Shown: positions 20,416 to 30,941 of the stretch, one piece after another
Numbering within the stretch: the first letter of the stretch is position 1
Layout of the letters: every line of letters starts with the position of its first letter
Virus record (IMG/VR): IMGVR_UViG_3300035498_000371
Coordinates: 1-64,000 of that record
Source of the DNA: a virus
Taxonomy: Duplodnaviria; Caudoviricetes
DNA: 64,000 bases
Strand: one strand, 5' to 3'
The notes under the pieces: generated by a model
Told to the model about the DNA's origin: nothing
Database searches by the model: none
Seen by the model: the letters and a program-made list of their open reading frames with translations, nothing else
Translations under genes and position numbers: made by a program

Positions 20416-21585
20416 ATGATGACAATGAATTTATTTGGAGTTGGAGCTGCAGGAAATAAAGCAGCTATCGCTGCGATTGAAAATAATGTAATCGCAGAGG
20501 AAAATGTAAAGCTTGTCAATACGACGGTTAAAGATATCCCAGAGAAATATAAAATGGGAAAGGATTTAGTAGTACAGTTTAGCTCAATGCTTGGTGGTTG
20601 TGGCAAGGAACCAGCTAAAGGAGCTAAGGCAATTACAGATGCAATTCTTGGAAACAAGATTAATTTCAGCGAAATGGTAACTGAAGATTGTAGAGAAATC
20701 GTTATCGTTGCATCTACTGAAGGAGGTACAGGGTGTGGTGCTGCTCCTGTAATAGCACAGTATTTCAGCACAATGAATTTACCAGTGCATGTATTTGCAT
20801 TAATAGGCTTCCAGGATGAGAGCCGTGGGTTAAATAATACCCTTAGATTCTTTAAGAATTTGAACGATAATGTCATTCTCCATACTATTATGAATGATCA
20901 GTTCTTGGATTACACTGGTAATTATACAAAGGCAGAAGAAGCTGCTAATATGGAATTTGTAAGACAGCTTAGAATACTAACAGGTTCTGACATGATCCCA
21001 TCAAGTCAGAATATTGACGATACAGATATGTATAAGGTCACAACAACCAGCGGCTATATGGATATCAAGAGTATCTCTATGGCAGGAGTTAAAAATCTTG
21101 ATACATTTAATGATGCTATTATTAAGGCATTTGAGAATGGAAACTGCTTGGAATACGATAAGAGCTGTAAAAGACTTGCGGTTATTGTAAATGCTTCTGA
21201 GAGAGTACAGGATGCAGTAGACAGTAAGCTTGAAGTTATCAAGCGTTATACTGGAGAACCATTCGAGATCTTCCGTCATATTCAGAATGATGGTGGAGAC
21301 GAATACGTTAATATCATTGTATCTGGCATGAACTTCCCAGAGAAGGGTATTGTAGATATCAGCAAGAAGTATACATCATTAAAGCAGAACCTCAATAAAG
21401 AGGTTAAAGGTTTTAGTGCTATATACGAGAACATCGACCTCGACGAAGACAGTGAATTCGATATGGATCTTAAACAGAAGAACGATAATGTAGGCAGTAT
21501 GTTCGCCAACATGGTCAAAGCTCAGGCTGGTAAGGTAAACAATGTAGTTGTTAAACCTTCAAAAGATGAGAATAGCGAGTATTAA
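20416..21585 (+). CDS. Tubulin/FtsZ-family GTPase (PhuZ/TubZ-like)
   Basis: GVGAAGNK, GGCGKEP, EGGTGCG signature, NIDDTD T7 loop. Confidence 0.9.
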   Translation: MMTMNLFGVGAAGNKAAIAAIENNVIAEENVKLVNTTVKDIPEKYKMGKDLVVQFSSMLGGCGKEPAKGAKAITDAILGNKINFSEMVTEDCREIVIVASTEGGTGCGAAPVIAQYFSTMNLPVHVFALIGFQDESRGLNNTLRFFKNLNDNVILHTIMNDQFLDYTGNYTKAEEAANMEFVRQLRILTGSDMIPSSQNIDDTDMYKVTTTSGYMDIKSISMAGVKNLDTFNDAIIKAFENGNCLEYDKSCKRLAVIVNASERVQDAVDSKLEVIKRYTGEPFEIFRHIQNDGGDEYVNIIVSGMNFPEKGIVDISKKYTSLKQNLNKEVKGFSAIYENIDLDEDSEFDMDLKQKNDNVGSMFANMVKAQAGKVNNVVVKPSKDENSEY

Positions 21586-21599
21586 GGAGGTAGAATGAA

Positions 21600-22526
21600 A
21601 TGGCGGTCTTTGATAAATATTGGAATGAAAGAGCTGAATATGAGAAGAATCATAAAGTAGAAATGGTTCGAGTAATGCCAAGCACCAGACCGGCTTTCAA
21701 TCGGTCAATTCTAATGCAGAATATAGATAGCGTCTCTCAAATGGGAGACGCTGATCTGCTTAGATTCATAAACAGCAATTTCAATAATATCTTAAAGAAT
21801 GTATTTAATGGAGGCAATATATCCAAGCATGTAAAATGCTTTCAGGATGTAAGATTCTTAGATGCATTTATCAATATTATGGTGCAGAGACAATTCTTCG
21901 ATACAGATGAGATTGTTTATATAAATACGATCTGCTACCATTATCTTACGATACCATATGATATGAGAGATCCTCATGTGGTTGACAGAATGATGAAGAT
22001 GTCTGGCATTGTTAATCGTGGTGGAATACCTAGATTATTAGGTTTAGGGTTATCTGATAATTTAGCAAGCTTATTGCTTATCGCTAGATATTCAGATACA
22101 AATCTTAGCGTTGTAGTAAGAAGAGTAAACTTTATTATTATAACACAGCCACCTGAGATTATGTCTCAGAAAATGATATCAGAGATATTCAAAATTCTTT
22201 ACAATGTAATGGAAGATTGGAGTAGAGTATTTCCGTATATTATGACGGACGTGCTTCCGAATTATAGAGAAGATGACCAGAGCACATGGTGGGTTACAGA
22301 TGAAGTGTCTGAAGTAGATTCTACTATGTCTTTATCAGCACTGGAAATCTTAGATAATCTTCCAACTGAAATTATAAGATCAACGCTTATAAACTATGCT
22401 GAGGGGTACGCTATTATTGGTGGGAACAAACCAATTAGATTCTCTATGCGTAGATTGAGTGACGATTATTATCGTATAAATAATGTAATTCTTCAGCTTG
22501 AGTCTGAGGGTATTTATGTACCATAA
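21600..22526 (+). CDS. Hypothetical helical protein (N-terminal KVEMVRVM tag)
   Basis: AAGGAGG RBS; directly follows the tubulin gene. Confidence 0.75.
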   Translation: MAVFDKYWNERAEYEKNHKVEMVRVMPSTRPAFNRSILMQNIDSVSQMGDADLLRFINSNFNNILKNVFNGGNISKHVKCFQDVRFLDAFINIMVQRQFFDTDEIVYINTICYHYLTIPYDMRDPHVVDRMMKMSGIVNRGGIPRLLGLGLSDNLASLLLIARYSDTNLSVVVRRVNFIIITQPPEIMSQKMISEIFKILYNVMEDWSRVFPYIMTDVLPNYREDDQSTWWVTDEVSEVDSTMSLSALEILDNLPTEIIRSTLINYAEGYAIIGGNKPIRFSMRRLSDDYYRINNVILQLESEGIYVP

Positions 22527-22664
22527 AATATATCTGGTAGGAGCAATCCTACCAGATTATTTCTCTTTATTTCTTTATTATTTTTTATTATATTAAGTTG
22601 TAGAAAAATATAAAAAATCCTACATGATGGTAAAGAAAACAATATCCGTAGGAGGGATTAAATT

Positions 22665-23024
22665 ATGAATAGATTAGACACTATACAGCAAATTGGAATA
22701 ATGAATGATATCTATCCAGCAGATGAAATTGGTGCTGGTAATGCATATCATAAATACGAAATTAAAGACGCTAATGGCGGAAACTTTTCTTTTTTGTTAC
22801 AAATGCAGCATGGTAGAAGAACAGATTATAATCCTACAAATGGATTATTGTTAGTTGATCTTCTTGAGATTGCTAGAAACCAATTACAAGGATTTCAGAC
22901 AGGAGAATTTGCTAACGAAAATAACGCAGAAGCACTTAATCATATAGAACAGGCTCTTATGTTCCTGAATAAGAGGAGTACTGATAGAGCTAATAGGGGA
23001 GTCCTTGGGACTTATAATAAATAA
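22665..23024 (+). CDS. tad1: Tad1/Acb2-family anti-defence nucleotide sponge
   Basis: L.TIQ, GAGNAYHKY, Q.G.R, DLLEIAR..L..FQ.G.F...N..AL.HIE.AL..L..R..DR..RGVLGT match Clostridium-phage Tad1 as recalled. Confidence 0.85.
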   Translation: MNRLDTIQQIGIMNDIYPADEIGAGNAYHKYEIKDANGGNFSFLLQMQHGRRTDYNPTNGLLLVDLLEIARNQLQGFQTGEFANENNAEALNHIEQALMFLNKRSTDRANRGVLGTYNK

Positions 23025-23036
23025 GGAGGAAATACT

Positions 23037-24263
23037 ATGGGAATATTAATGCAAGCTTTTAACGAGCAAATTAAAAATACCAAAGATCTCACTCAGGCTT
23101 CAGAAATGACCTACTCGGTATCATACCCAACAGGATTTCTTAATCTTGATTTCGCTAATGGATATATACAAGAGATAAACGGAGTAAGAAAGTTTGAGTT
23201 GGGCTTATCTGATGGGAGCATAAATATGTTTATCTCAGATTCTGGTGTTGGTAAAACAACCCTTGCATGTCAGGCGGCATGTAATATTATTAAGCCATTT
23301 GAGAATGGTGCAATTTTTTACGAGCAGGCTGAAGTAGGAACAAATATTCAGCGTATTAAGAATTTATCTGGATTTTCTGATGAGGAATTCGTAAAGAGAT
23401 TTAAGGTAAGAGATGCTGGCATTACAACTCAATCTTTATTCAGAAGAGTAAAGATGATTTATGATACTAAAATGAGCCATAGAGATGAGCTTACATATGA
23501 TACTGGATTAAGAGATCTTAAAGGTGCTCCTGTAATTAAGTTTGTTCCTACAGTGGTAATCGTTGACTCTGTAAAGATGGTTATGTCTGAGAAGAATGCA
23601 GAGAATGATGAATCCAATAATATGGAAGGCGCGACAAATGCTAAGGCTAATTCTGAGTATTATACAAGAATGGTGCCGATGTGTCGTCAGGCTAATATAA
23701 TTATGATTCTTATTAATCATATCACAACTTCAATTAATACAGGGCCATTCCATATGAAGCCAGAGCTTTCTTATCTTAAAGAGGGAGAGCATATATCTGG
23801 AGGCAAGTCTCTTACTTATATACAGAATAATATCTTTAGATTGGATATCAGCACTAAATTTAAGCTTGGTGAAGGATTTAATATAATCGGTTCCGCTGTC
23901 AATATAGATATTGTGAAATCAAGAACTAATAAAACCAGTAGAGCAAGATGTGAACTTGTATTTGATCAGGATACTGGCTATGATCCCGATCTGAGTTTAT
24001 TCTGGATGCTTAAACAGAATAAATTACTTGAGGGTTCTGGAGCATATCTTAAAGTTCCTGGATGTGAAACTAAATTTGCCCAGAGACAGTTTAAGGAAGT
24101 TTTATATTCTGATAAAGATTTCTATAATGCATTCGTTAATGTATGTTACGGATATCTTACACAGACACTTATTGAAGAGTATGAGAGAGTTGAGGCTGAA
24201 AAGAAGAACAGAATATCTGCAATGTCTCCTTACGAAGCAATTCTTGCTAAATTAAATGAATAG
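23037..24263 (+). CDS. recA: RecA/UvsX-like recombinase
   Basis: YPTGF..LD, SGVGKTT, VIVDSV, ILINH, SGGKSL, VKSR. Confidence 0.88.
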   Translation: MGILMQAFNEQIKNTKDLTQASEMTYSVSYPTGFLNLDFANGYIQEINGVRKFELGLSDGSINMFISDSGVGKTTLACQAACNIIKPFENGAIFYEQAEVGTNIQRIKNLSGFSDEEFVKRFKVRDAGITTQSLFRRVKMIYDTKMSHRDELTYDTGLRDLKGAPVIKFVPTVVIVDSVKMVMSEKNAENDESNNMEGATNAKANSEYYTRMVPMCRQANIIMILINHITTSINTGPFHMKPELSYLKEGEHISGGKSLTYIQNNIFRLDISTKFKLGEGFNIIGSAVNIDIVKSRTNKTSRARCELVFDQDTGYDPDLSLFWMLKQNKLLEGSGAYLKVPGCETKFAQRQFKEVLYSDKDFYNAFVNVCYGYLTQTLIEEYERVEAEKKNRISAMSPYEAILAKLNE

Positions 24264-24289
24264 TTCTATAAGTAAAGGAGAATTGGAAA

Positions 24290-24622
24290 ATGATTGATAA
24301 AGTTTATATAGTGTATACAAATGAGAGAAACGCCAGTGTTGCTGGTGTTTTTCTTTCCAAAGAAGTAGCTAAACAAACTATAGCTAATTCTAATGGAAAC
24401 CTTCTTGATATTGAGCCAGAGGAATGGAAGATAATTGGAAATTTACCATATTCTGAGGAAGAACTTAGGTCTAAGGTTAAGTTTAACGTTAGTTTGGTTG
24501 GAACGGTTGATGATACAGACTATTTAGAGATGTCTAGATTTAGTGTTAAAGATTTTACTGACAAGATCACCGATGCTTTATTAGATTCCATATATAAACT
24601 TTTTGGAGGTGATGAGAAATGA
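24290..24622 (+). CDS. Hypothetical protein
   Basis: AAGGAG RBS, 110 aa. Confidence 0.7.
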   Translation: MIDKVYIVYTNERNASVAGVFLSKEVAKQTIANSNGNLLDIEPEEWKIIGNLPYSEEELRSKVKFNVSLVGTVDDTDYLEMSRFSVKDFTDKITDALLDSIYKLFGGDEK

Positions 24623-24825
24623 CAGGTAAAGCGGTTATTGAAATTGACGACCTCTGCTCTTATCTTGGAATTGGAAAGAATACTGCTTACTCGTTATTAA
24701 CGAGTGGTGAAATAGATGCGTTTAAAATTGGAACTGTGTGGAAGATTCCAGTTAGTAGTATAGATGAATACATTTCTAGGAAATGTGAACAGCATAAGAA
24801 GCAGATGTGTGAAATTATAAAATGA
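24619..24825 (+). CDS. Excisionase-like (HTH_17) DNA-binding protein
   Basis: DLCSYLGIGKNTAYSLL..GEI.AFKIG..WKIP. Confidence 0.85.
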   Translation: MTGKAVIEIDDLCSYLGIGKNTAYSLLTSGEIDAFKIGTVWKIPVSSIDEYISRKCEQHKKQMCEIIK

Positions 24826-24903
24826 TCATATATTATATATTTGGATAGGGTAGAACAAATAAGTTCTACTCATTCAAATATTGTAACAAGGAGGAATAGG
24901 TAA

Positions 24904-27093
24904 ATGGCAGAATTTGATATTGAAAAACAAATCAACGATTCAATAGCTGGTTTGGATGACTGGAATAAGATGTTGGGCAGAACATTGATGCAGCCGTTTA
25001 AACCAGCGAATTCAGGATCAAGAGCCCTCATGAGTAGTATTCATGTAGAGCATTTACTTGTACCAACTCATGCCGAAGTTCCAACAATTCAGACTGGGTA
25101 TGAGACAGAGTTTGGTAGAAACTCATCATCTTATATTGAGGCTTCGTCTAGATACGAAGTAATATATAAGGTGGATAAATTCCAATTCAAACCAAACCAT
25201 CATTATTATCTTATAGTGAGGGATATGATTACTGGCGAATATGACGTAATAGAGCGAGTAGCATACCATCATAATACTGAGAGTTATGGTTATCTTTGGA
25301 ATAATAAAACACTTGATTCATTAAAGCCAGGAGATATTATTGCACAGGGAGATGTAATTAAAACAAGTACTGGATTTGATGAGTATGGAAATAAGATGAA
25401 CGGTGTTAATCTGTTAACGATGTATATTAGTTGTGCACAGAATATGGAAGATTCAGTAATCTTATCAGAATCAGCAGCTAAGAAACTTGAGACATCGTTA
25501 ATCAAGAATACAGATATTGCAATCAACGATAATGATGTTTTAATCAATAGATATGGAGATGAGAATATCTATAAGGCTTTTCCAGATATTGGAGAAGAGA
25601 TCAAAGACGGTATATTCTGTTCTATTAGAAGAACCGAAAATGAAACAGCATTATATACTCTAGCACAGCCAATGCTTAGAGATAGCCTTATAACAGATAG
25701 AAATATTCTGTTTGATGGTATTGTAGCAGATATAGATGTATCTTGTAATAATCCAGAAGCATTACAGGAATCATTCTATAACCAGCAGTTGTATTATTAT
25801 CATACAGAGAAAATTAGATTTGCTAAAGAGATTAACGATCTCATTGGACCAATAGCAATGACTGAGAAGATGAGTTATAATCTTCAAAAGCTTTATGCGA
25901 TCTGTAGAGATATAACTAATGGAAAGCAGTATTATAAGAATAATCAGTTTAATAACGTATCAATGAGTGTTACTGTAATTGAGCCTTTAGGAATGGCACC
26001 TGGAGATAAATTGGCTGACCGTCATGGCGGTAAAGGTGTTGTATCTATGATACTTCCAGATAATCTGATGCCTAGACTCGATAATGGTAGAGTGGTTGAA
26101 GCCATCAAGAATCAGTCTACTTGTATTAATAGAGAGAATCTTGGTCAGTTACATGAAATGTCTCTGTCATTCATAGGAATGAGATTGCTTGATTATTTTG
26201 ATCTTGGATTTTTACATCCTACAGAAATGATAGAAATGCTCTATAAGTTTGTATCTATGGTAGATAAGCATGAAGCCGATATGATGATTAGTGGAGTAGA
26301 TTTCTTTGATGAAACCGAAGCAGCGGCGTTTATAAATATCTATTGTGGTGAAGGAAGAATTATTCTTAGTACTCCTCCATTCACAACCCCAGTAAGTCTC
26401 GATACTATATCTGCAATCTATGATGAATTCCCATTCATTAAACAGTGCAGAGTAGAAGTGCCAATGAAAGATTCAGCTGGAAATATTAGGTATATTGAAA
26501 CTCGTAGAAGACTTGTAGCTGCAGAGATTTATAATTACAGATTAAAGCAGTATGCTGAAGAGAAATTCTCTGTAACATCTTTGGCTGCAACTAATCTTAA
26601 GAATCTCAACACAAGATCTAAAGCAAATAAAATGTATGAGGCTAAGTTTACTAAGACTCCTATCATGTTTGGTCCAATGGAGTCTGGAGATGAAGCTCAT
26701 ATGGGAATGCAGTATGTAATTATGAATTTGATGCTGTATTCTAGCTCACCGCAAGCAAGAAGATTATTTGAGCAGTTATTGATTGGAGATCCATACAATA
26801 TCGATATAAAGCTTGATAAGAATTCTAAGAATAGAAATGCGGAAATAATTAATGCTCTTCTTAAAACTATGGGGTTAGAGATTATATTCAGAAAGATCCC
26901 TAAGGTTAAAAAGAAGATGGTCGGTCTTGTAATGTGTAAGACTGTGCCAAATGCGCAGCATCAGTATAAAACCAATATTAGGGAAATTATGGGTCATTTT
27001 GATGAGTTAGATTCTAAATATAATATAGCTATCCAGAGACCTAATGATAAACCTATGGTTAACCTCGTTATGTGTAAGGAGGTAAAGAAATGA
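24904..27093 (+). CDS. Multisubunit RNA polymerase beta, C-terminal half (probably non-virion RNAP)
   Basis: NSGSRALM, NMEDS, GDKLADRHGGKGVVS, R.NLGQ, FGPMESG. Confidence 0.9.
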   Translation: MAEFDIEKQINDSIAGLDDWNKMLGRTLMQPFKPANSGSRALMSSIHVEHLLVPTHAEVPTIQTGYETEFGRNSSSYIEASSRYEVIYKVDKFQFKPNHHYYLIVRDMITGEYDVIERVAYHHNTESYGYLWNNKTLDSLKPGDIIAQGDVIKTSTGFDEYGNKMNGVNLLTMYISCAQNMEDSVILSESAAKKLETSLIKNTDIAINDNDVLINRYGDENIYKAFPDIGEEIKDGIFCSIRRTENETALYTLAQPMLRDSLITDRNILFDGIVADIDVSCNNPEALQESFYNQQLYYYHTEKIRFAKEINDLIGPIAMTEKMSYNLQKLYAICRDITNGKQYYKNNQFNNVSMSVTVIEPLGMAPGDKLADRHGGKGVVSMILPDNLMPRLDNGRVVEAIKNQSTCINRENLGQLHEMSLSFIGMRLLDYFDLGFLHPTEMIEMLYKFVSMVDKHEADMMISGVDFFDETEAAAFINIYCGEGRIILSTPPFTTPVSLDTISAIYDEFPFIKQCRVEVPMKDSAGNIRYIETRRRLVAAEIYNYRLKQYAEEKFSVTSLAATNLKNLNTRSKANKMYEAKFTKTPIMFGPMESGDEAHMGMQYVIMNLMLYSSSPQARRLFEQLLIGDPYNIDIKLDKNSKNRNAEIINALLKTMGLEIIFRKIPKVKKKMVGLVMCKTVPNAQHQYKTNIREIMGHFDELDSKYNIAIQRPNDKPMVNLVMCKEVKK

Positions 27094-29393
27094 TTGATTT
27101 AGAAGCTAAAGTTACATTTGAGAGAGTATTAGATAGAGCTCTTAATTGTGATCTTGTAGAAGCGAGAGATTTGAAGTTTCAAACTTATGCAAGCAACGTA
27201 GCGACTAATCTAATAAACACTGATAATTGGAGTTTAGATCAGCAAGGAATTGCTGATTGTTTGCTCCGCATTAGTAATATTATGTATAATGATACTACTG
27301 ATGAAATATTGCCGCTCGATGATGGATTGTATGATAGACTTCTTGAGAAGTATAAGAAATATAATCCTTATTATCAGATAGGAGCAATGCCACTTATATT
27401 TGAGGAAAACCCTCAGAATGAGTTCCAAGATCAGAAAGTTATGTGCAGTATTGTATCTGATAAGGAAAAGATGGATAATCTTTATATAGATTCTATTCAG
27501 AGACAGAACGTTCCATTATCATGGGGTTTACGTCCAGTAACAATGTGCTATATAGCTAGAGATCCGATAAGCAAAAGACTTATAAATGTTCAGCATAAAT
27601 ACCCAGAACTTGTTGGTACTCTGGACAAATGTAAATTTGTGTTGAATAATGATGCTAGAGAGAAAGATGCTTTTGATACAGATTCTGTTAAAGTATTTGA
27701 ACGAGATTTCATTCATAAATGCCTCGAATCTGGCGTTATATCACCAACAGAAGTATTTGAGATGGTTGCAGAATTAAAATATGATGGTGTTTCTGTAGAG
27801 GCAGAAATACAGGGTGACACCATTATATCAGCATTATCTAGAGGAGATACAGCTGATAATATTGCAACTGATTTAACGCCCATATTGGGAGGGTATAAAT
27901 TCCCATATGCAAATAAAGTACCAAAAGATATAAAATTCGGTATGAAGTTTGAAGCAGTAATGCTTAAAAGAGATCTGGAAAGAATTGGAGAAAGCAGAGG
28001 AAAATCATATAAAAATTGCAGAAATGCAATAATCGGTTTATTTGGTTCATCTGATGCCTTCAAGTTCGTTGATTATATTACGCTAATTCCATTATCTACA
28101 AGCTTAGATATGCCTAGAGAAGAGGAATTGAAATTCATAAATCATTTCTATAATTCTGGGCAGTTTAATCGGCATGTATTTATAAGAGGTAATTATCAGC
28201 AGATTCTATTTCAGGTTAAAGAGTTTACCAATTCGGCAGAAATCATAAGGAAGATTCTTCCTTACATGATCGATGGAGTTGTGATATCATTTACAGATCC
28301 AGATAAGATTAAAGCTCTCGGTAGAGTGAATTCTGTTAATAAGTATTCTATGGCAATTAAATTTACACCAAAGAATGCTAGAACGATATTCCTTGGATAT
28401 ACGTTCAATATTGGTAAATCTGGCGATGTAATTCCAATGGTTCATTTTAAGCCATGTGAATTCATTGGAGGAATTCATACAAAACAGACCCTTCATTCAT
28501 ACCAGAGATTTATGGAATTGGGATTAATAGTTGGTCAGGAGATTGATATTGAGTACCGTAATGAGGTTATAACCTACGTTACCAAACCAGATAACGAATT
28601 CAATCGCAGCATCAAAGGAGATCCAGTTCCATTTATCGATACTTGCCCGTATTGTGGTAGTAAGATAGTTATATCTGATTCTGGAAAATCTGCTAAGTGC
28701 CCAAATAGATATTGTTCTGAAAGGGCTATTGCTAGAATGACCGATATGATAAGTCGTTTAGGGTTTGTTGATTTCTCTGAAGAAGCTGTAAGAGCTCTTG
28801 GAATTAGATCTTTTGTAGATCTTACCGATCCTTATAGCGTAGACTATGGAGTGTTAGGACCTAACGATTCTGTTAAGTTTATAGAACAGCTCAATAGATT
28901 ATTATCAGAACCAATCCCTGATTATAAGTTCTTATCAGCGATGGGATTTGATGATATGGCTGATGAAAAATGGAAAAAAGTTCTGGACGTGCTAACGCTT
29001 AAAGAAATTATGGAGCTAAATGAAGTAGAACTCTATGATAGATTAATACAGATTAAAGGTGTTGGTAAAGGAATTATAGATTCCATTATTAAAGGTAGAT
29101 TAGAATTGAAAGAAGAATTAGATAGAGGTATTCAAGTTCTTCATATAGTAGATTCTAAGGGAGCTGTCAAGTTGCCAAGAGTATCATTCACAGGATTCAG
29201 AGATCCAGAATTATCTGAATTATTATTACAGTATGGTTTCGATGCTGGAGATTATGGAGTTACTAATGCAACTGTTGCTGTAATAGCAGCAGATAAGAAT
29301 GAGCAATCTGGAAAGATAACTAAAGCTCATGACAAAGGAATTCCAGTATACACAAAAGAAGAGTTTATGTTAGCAAATAATATCAAAATATAA
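27090..29393 (+). CDS. ligA: NAD-dependent DNA ligase
   Basis: ELKYDG, SRGD, RNA..G, IDGVVI, CPYC..CPN..C Zn finger, BRCT-like C-terminus. Confidence 0.9.
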   Translation: MIDLEAKVTFERVLDRALNCDLVEARDLKFQTYASNVATNLINTDNWSLDQQGIADCLLRISNIMYNDTTDEILPLDDGLYDRLLEKYKKYNPYYQIGAMPLIFEENPQNEFQDQKVMCSIVSDKEKMDNLYIDSIQRQNVPLSWGLRPVTMCYIARDPISKRLINVQHKYPELVGTLDKCKFVLNNDAREKDAFDTDSVKVFERDFIHKCLESGVISPTEVFEMVAELKYDGVSVEAEIQGDTIISALSRGDTADNIATDLTPILGGYKFPYANKVPKDIKFGMKFEAVMLKRDLERIGESRGKSYKNCRNAIIGLFGSSDAFKFVDYITLIPLSTSLDMPREEELKFINHFYNSGQFNRHVFIRGNYQQILFQVKEFTNSAEIIRKILPYMIDGVVISFTDPDKIKALGRVNSVNKYSMAIKFTPKNARTIFLGYTFNIGKSGDVIPMVHFKPCEFIGGIHTKQTLHSYQRFMELGLIVGQEIDIEYRNEVITYVTKPDNEFNRSIKGDPVPFIDTCPYCGSKIVISDSGKSAKCPNRYCSERAIARMTDMISRLGFVDFSEEAVRALGIRSFVDLTDPYSVDYGVLGPNDSVKFIEQLNRLLSEPIPDYKFLSAMGFDDMADEKWKKVLDVLTLKEIMELNEVELYDRLIQIKGVGKGIIDSIIKGRLELKEELDRGIQVLHIVDSKGAVKLPRVSFTGFRDPELSELLLQYGFDAGDYGVTNATVAVIAADKNEQSGKITKAHDKGIPVYTKEEFMLANNIKI

Positions 29394-29501
29394 ACTTAGT
29401 AAAACTTTAAAATAAGCATATACTATAATAAAGAATAAAGTGGAGCGATCTACTTTAGGATATAGTAAAACCTAAATTATATTTATAGGAGGTAATTTAA
29501 A

Positions 29502-30221
29502 ATGGTTAAAACTTTAAACCAGACAAATTTCGGAGGAATTATGGCAGTAAGAGATTACACAGGAGTATTACAGGCGATCGGTCGCCCTCAGGCTAATAAG
29601 TCTGTAGAGGACACTGAGTTGCATCATGCATTCGTCGTTAACGCTGACTCCATGGGATATTCATTCGGAGATGATGATCGCCCACAGAGAATCGTTAAGG
29701 CATTCTTCGCATCAACAGCAGCTTACCTGTCAAAGACAAAAGTTCCTAATGAGGATGAGGCAGTAGCACTGGTTCTTACAGACGTAGCAGGAACATTCAA
29801 GTTTGCAGGTATCGTTAAGTACAATCTCAACAAGGAGAATCCTGATGAGCCAGGCAACTGGGATTATGTACTTACATTCAACGAGGACGATCTTACAGAG
29901 TTAGAGAATACTCGTAAGGTTAAGAAGTTGTTGTATGGCGATCGTGCATTCCAGTCATTGTTCGACAAGATTGCTTATGACATCGCATCAATTCAGTTTG
30001 AACAGGAGCGTTATATGTATGATGCTTGCTTATTGACGATTGATACATTGGTGCAGGTTCTTGATAATGAGGCTCAGCCGAATGAGGTTGTTGACATTGA
30101 GATGCCGGGTTATTTTGTGGCAAGTGTTGGTATAGAGGACAATGTGAAAGTATTCTCAATTGTTCCTGACGGACACATGAAAGCTATCATCAAAGATGAT
30201 TCAGCTCTTGAAGTTATGTAA
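29502..30221 (+). CDS. Hypothetical protein
   Basis: AGGAGG RBS; followed by a hairpin terminator. Confidence 0.8.
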   Translation: MVKTLNQTNFGGIMAVRDYTGVLQAIGRPQANKSVEDTELHHAFVVNADSMGYSFGDDDRPQRIVKAFFASTAAYLSKTKVPNEDEAVALVLTDVAGTFKFAGIVKYNLNKENPDEPGNWDYVLTFNEDDLTELENTRKVKKLLYGDRAFQSLFDKIAYDIASIQFEQERYMYDACLLTIDTLVQVLDNEAQPNEVVDIEMPGYFVASVGIEDNVKVFSIVPDGHMKAIIKDDSALEVM

Positions 30222-30308
30222 TCTTCTCATAAAATCAGAAATCATGAGGAGGGGTATGATTAAGTTCATACCCCTCTGTCTTATAATTTTTTGAGGAGGT
30301 AAAGTATA

Positions 30309-30941
30309 ATGAAGAAGGTACAGATTGGCAAATGTCTATACAACGTAGTAGGACCAGATGACTATAAGGAAAATGGATCTTACAATCCAAGGTTCACAGC
30401 TATACAATGTAACGGAGGACAAACAGTATTACCAGTTAATAGTAGAGTAACAGATACCTCTACAGGAATATACTTCTATCCAGGCAATGGAATGGTTGCT
30501 AAAGTAATCAAACCAAATCCTGGAAGTGAAGCAGATTTTTCATGTGAAAATATTATTGATTATTCTCAGGCTAAGACAATCAGCGATATTATTCATAATA
30601 ATGAGATTATAAGAGATATCCAGAATGATATCATAACTACATCCGATAATGTATTAAAGCTTAATATAAGCGACAATGATACACCGGAAATGAAAGCATT
30701 GAAAAATGCGATCAATGCTAAAGGCGTTGATAAAAAGCAATATGAAGATCGTTTTGATCAATTCCAAAATGATATGAGATTGCTCAAGGGAAATTCTATT
30801 ACCCTTGGAAAACTTATCAGTATTTGTTCTGCATTTGATATATCTGCAGAGCTTACTTTAAAAGATAAGGAAGGCGTACCAAATCCTATCGGTCAGGAGT
30901 TTGTAGTTGATTTGACCGAGGAAAGAGATGGTGGTAAATAA
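30309..30941 (+). CDS. Hypothetical protein, possible C-terminal HTH
   Basis: GGAGG RBS; SITLGKLISICSAFD; translationally coupled to the RNAP gene. Confidence 0.7.
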   Translation: MKKVQIGKCLYNVVGPDDYKENGSYNPRFTAIQCNGGQTVLPVNSRVTDTSTGIYFYPGNGMVAKVIKPNPGSEADFSCENIIDYSQAKTISDIIHNNEIIRDIQNDIITTSDNVLKLNISDNDTPEMKALKNAINAKGVDKKQYEDRFDQFQNDMRLLKGNSITLGKLISICSAFDISAELTLKDKEGVPNPIGQEFVVDLTEERDGGK

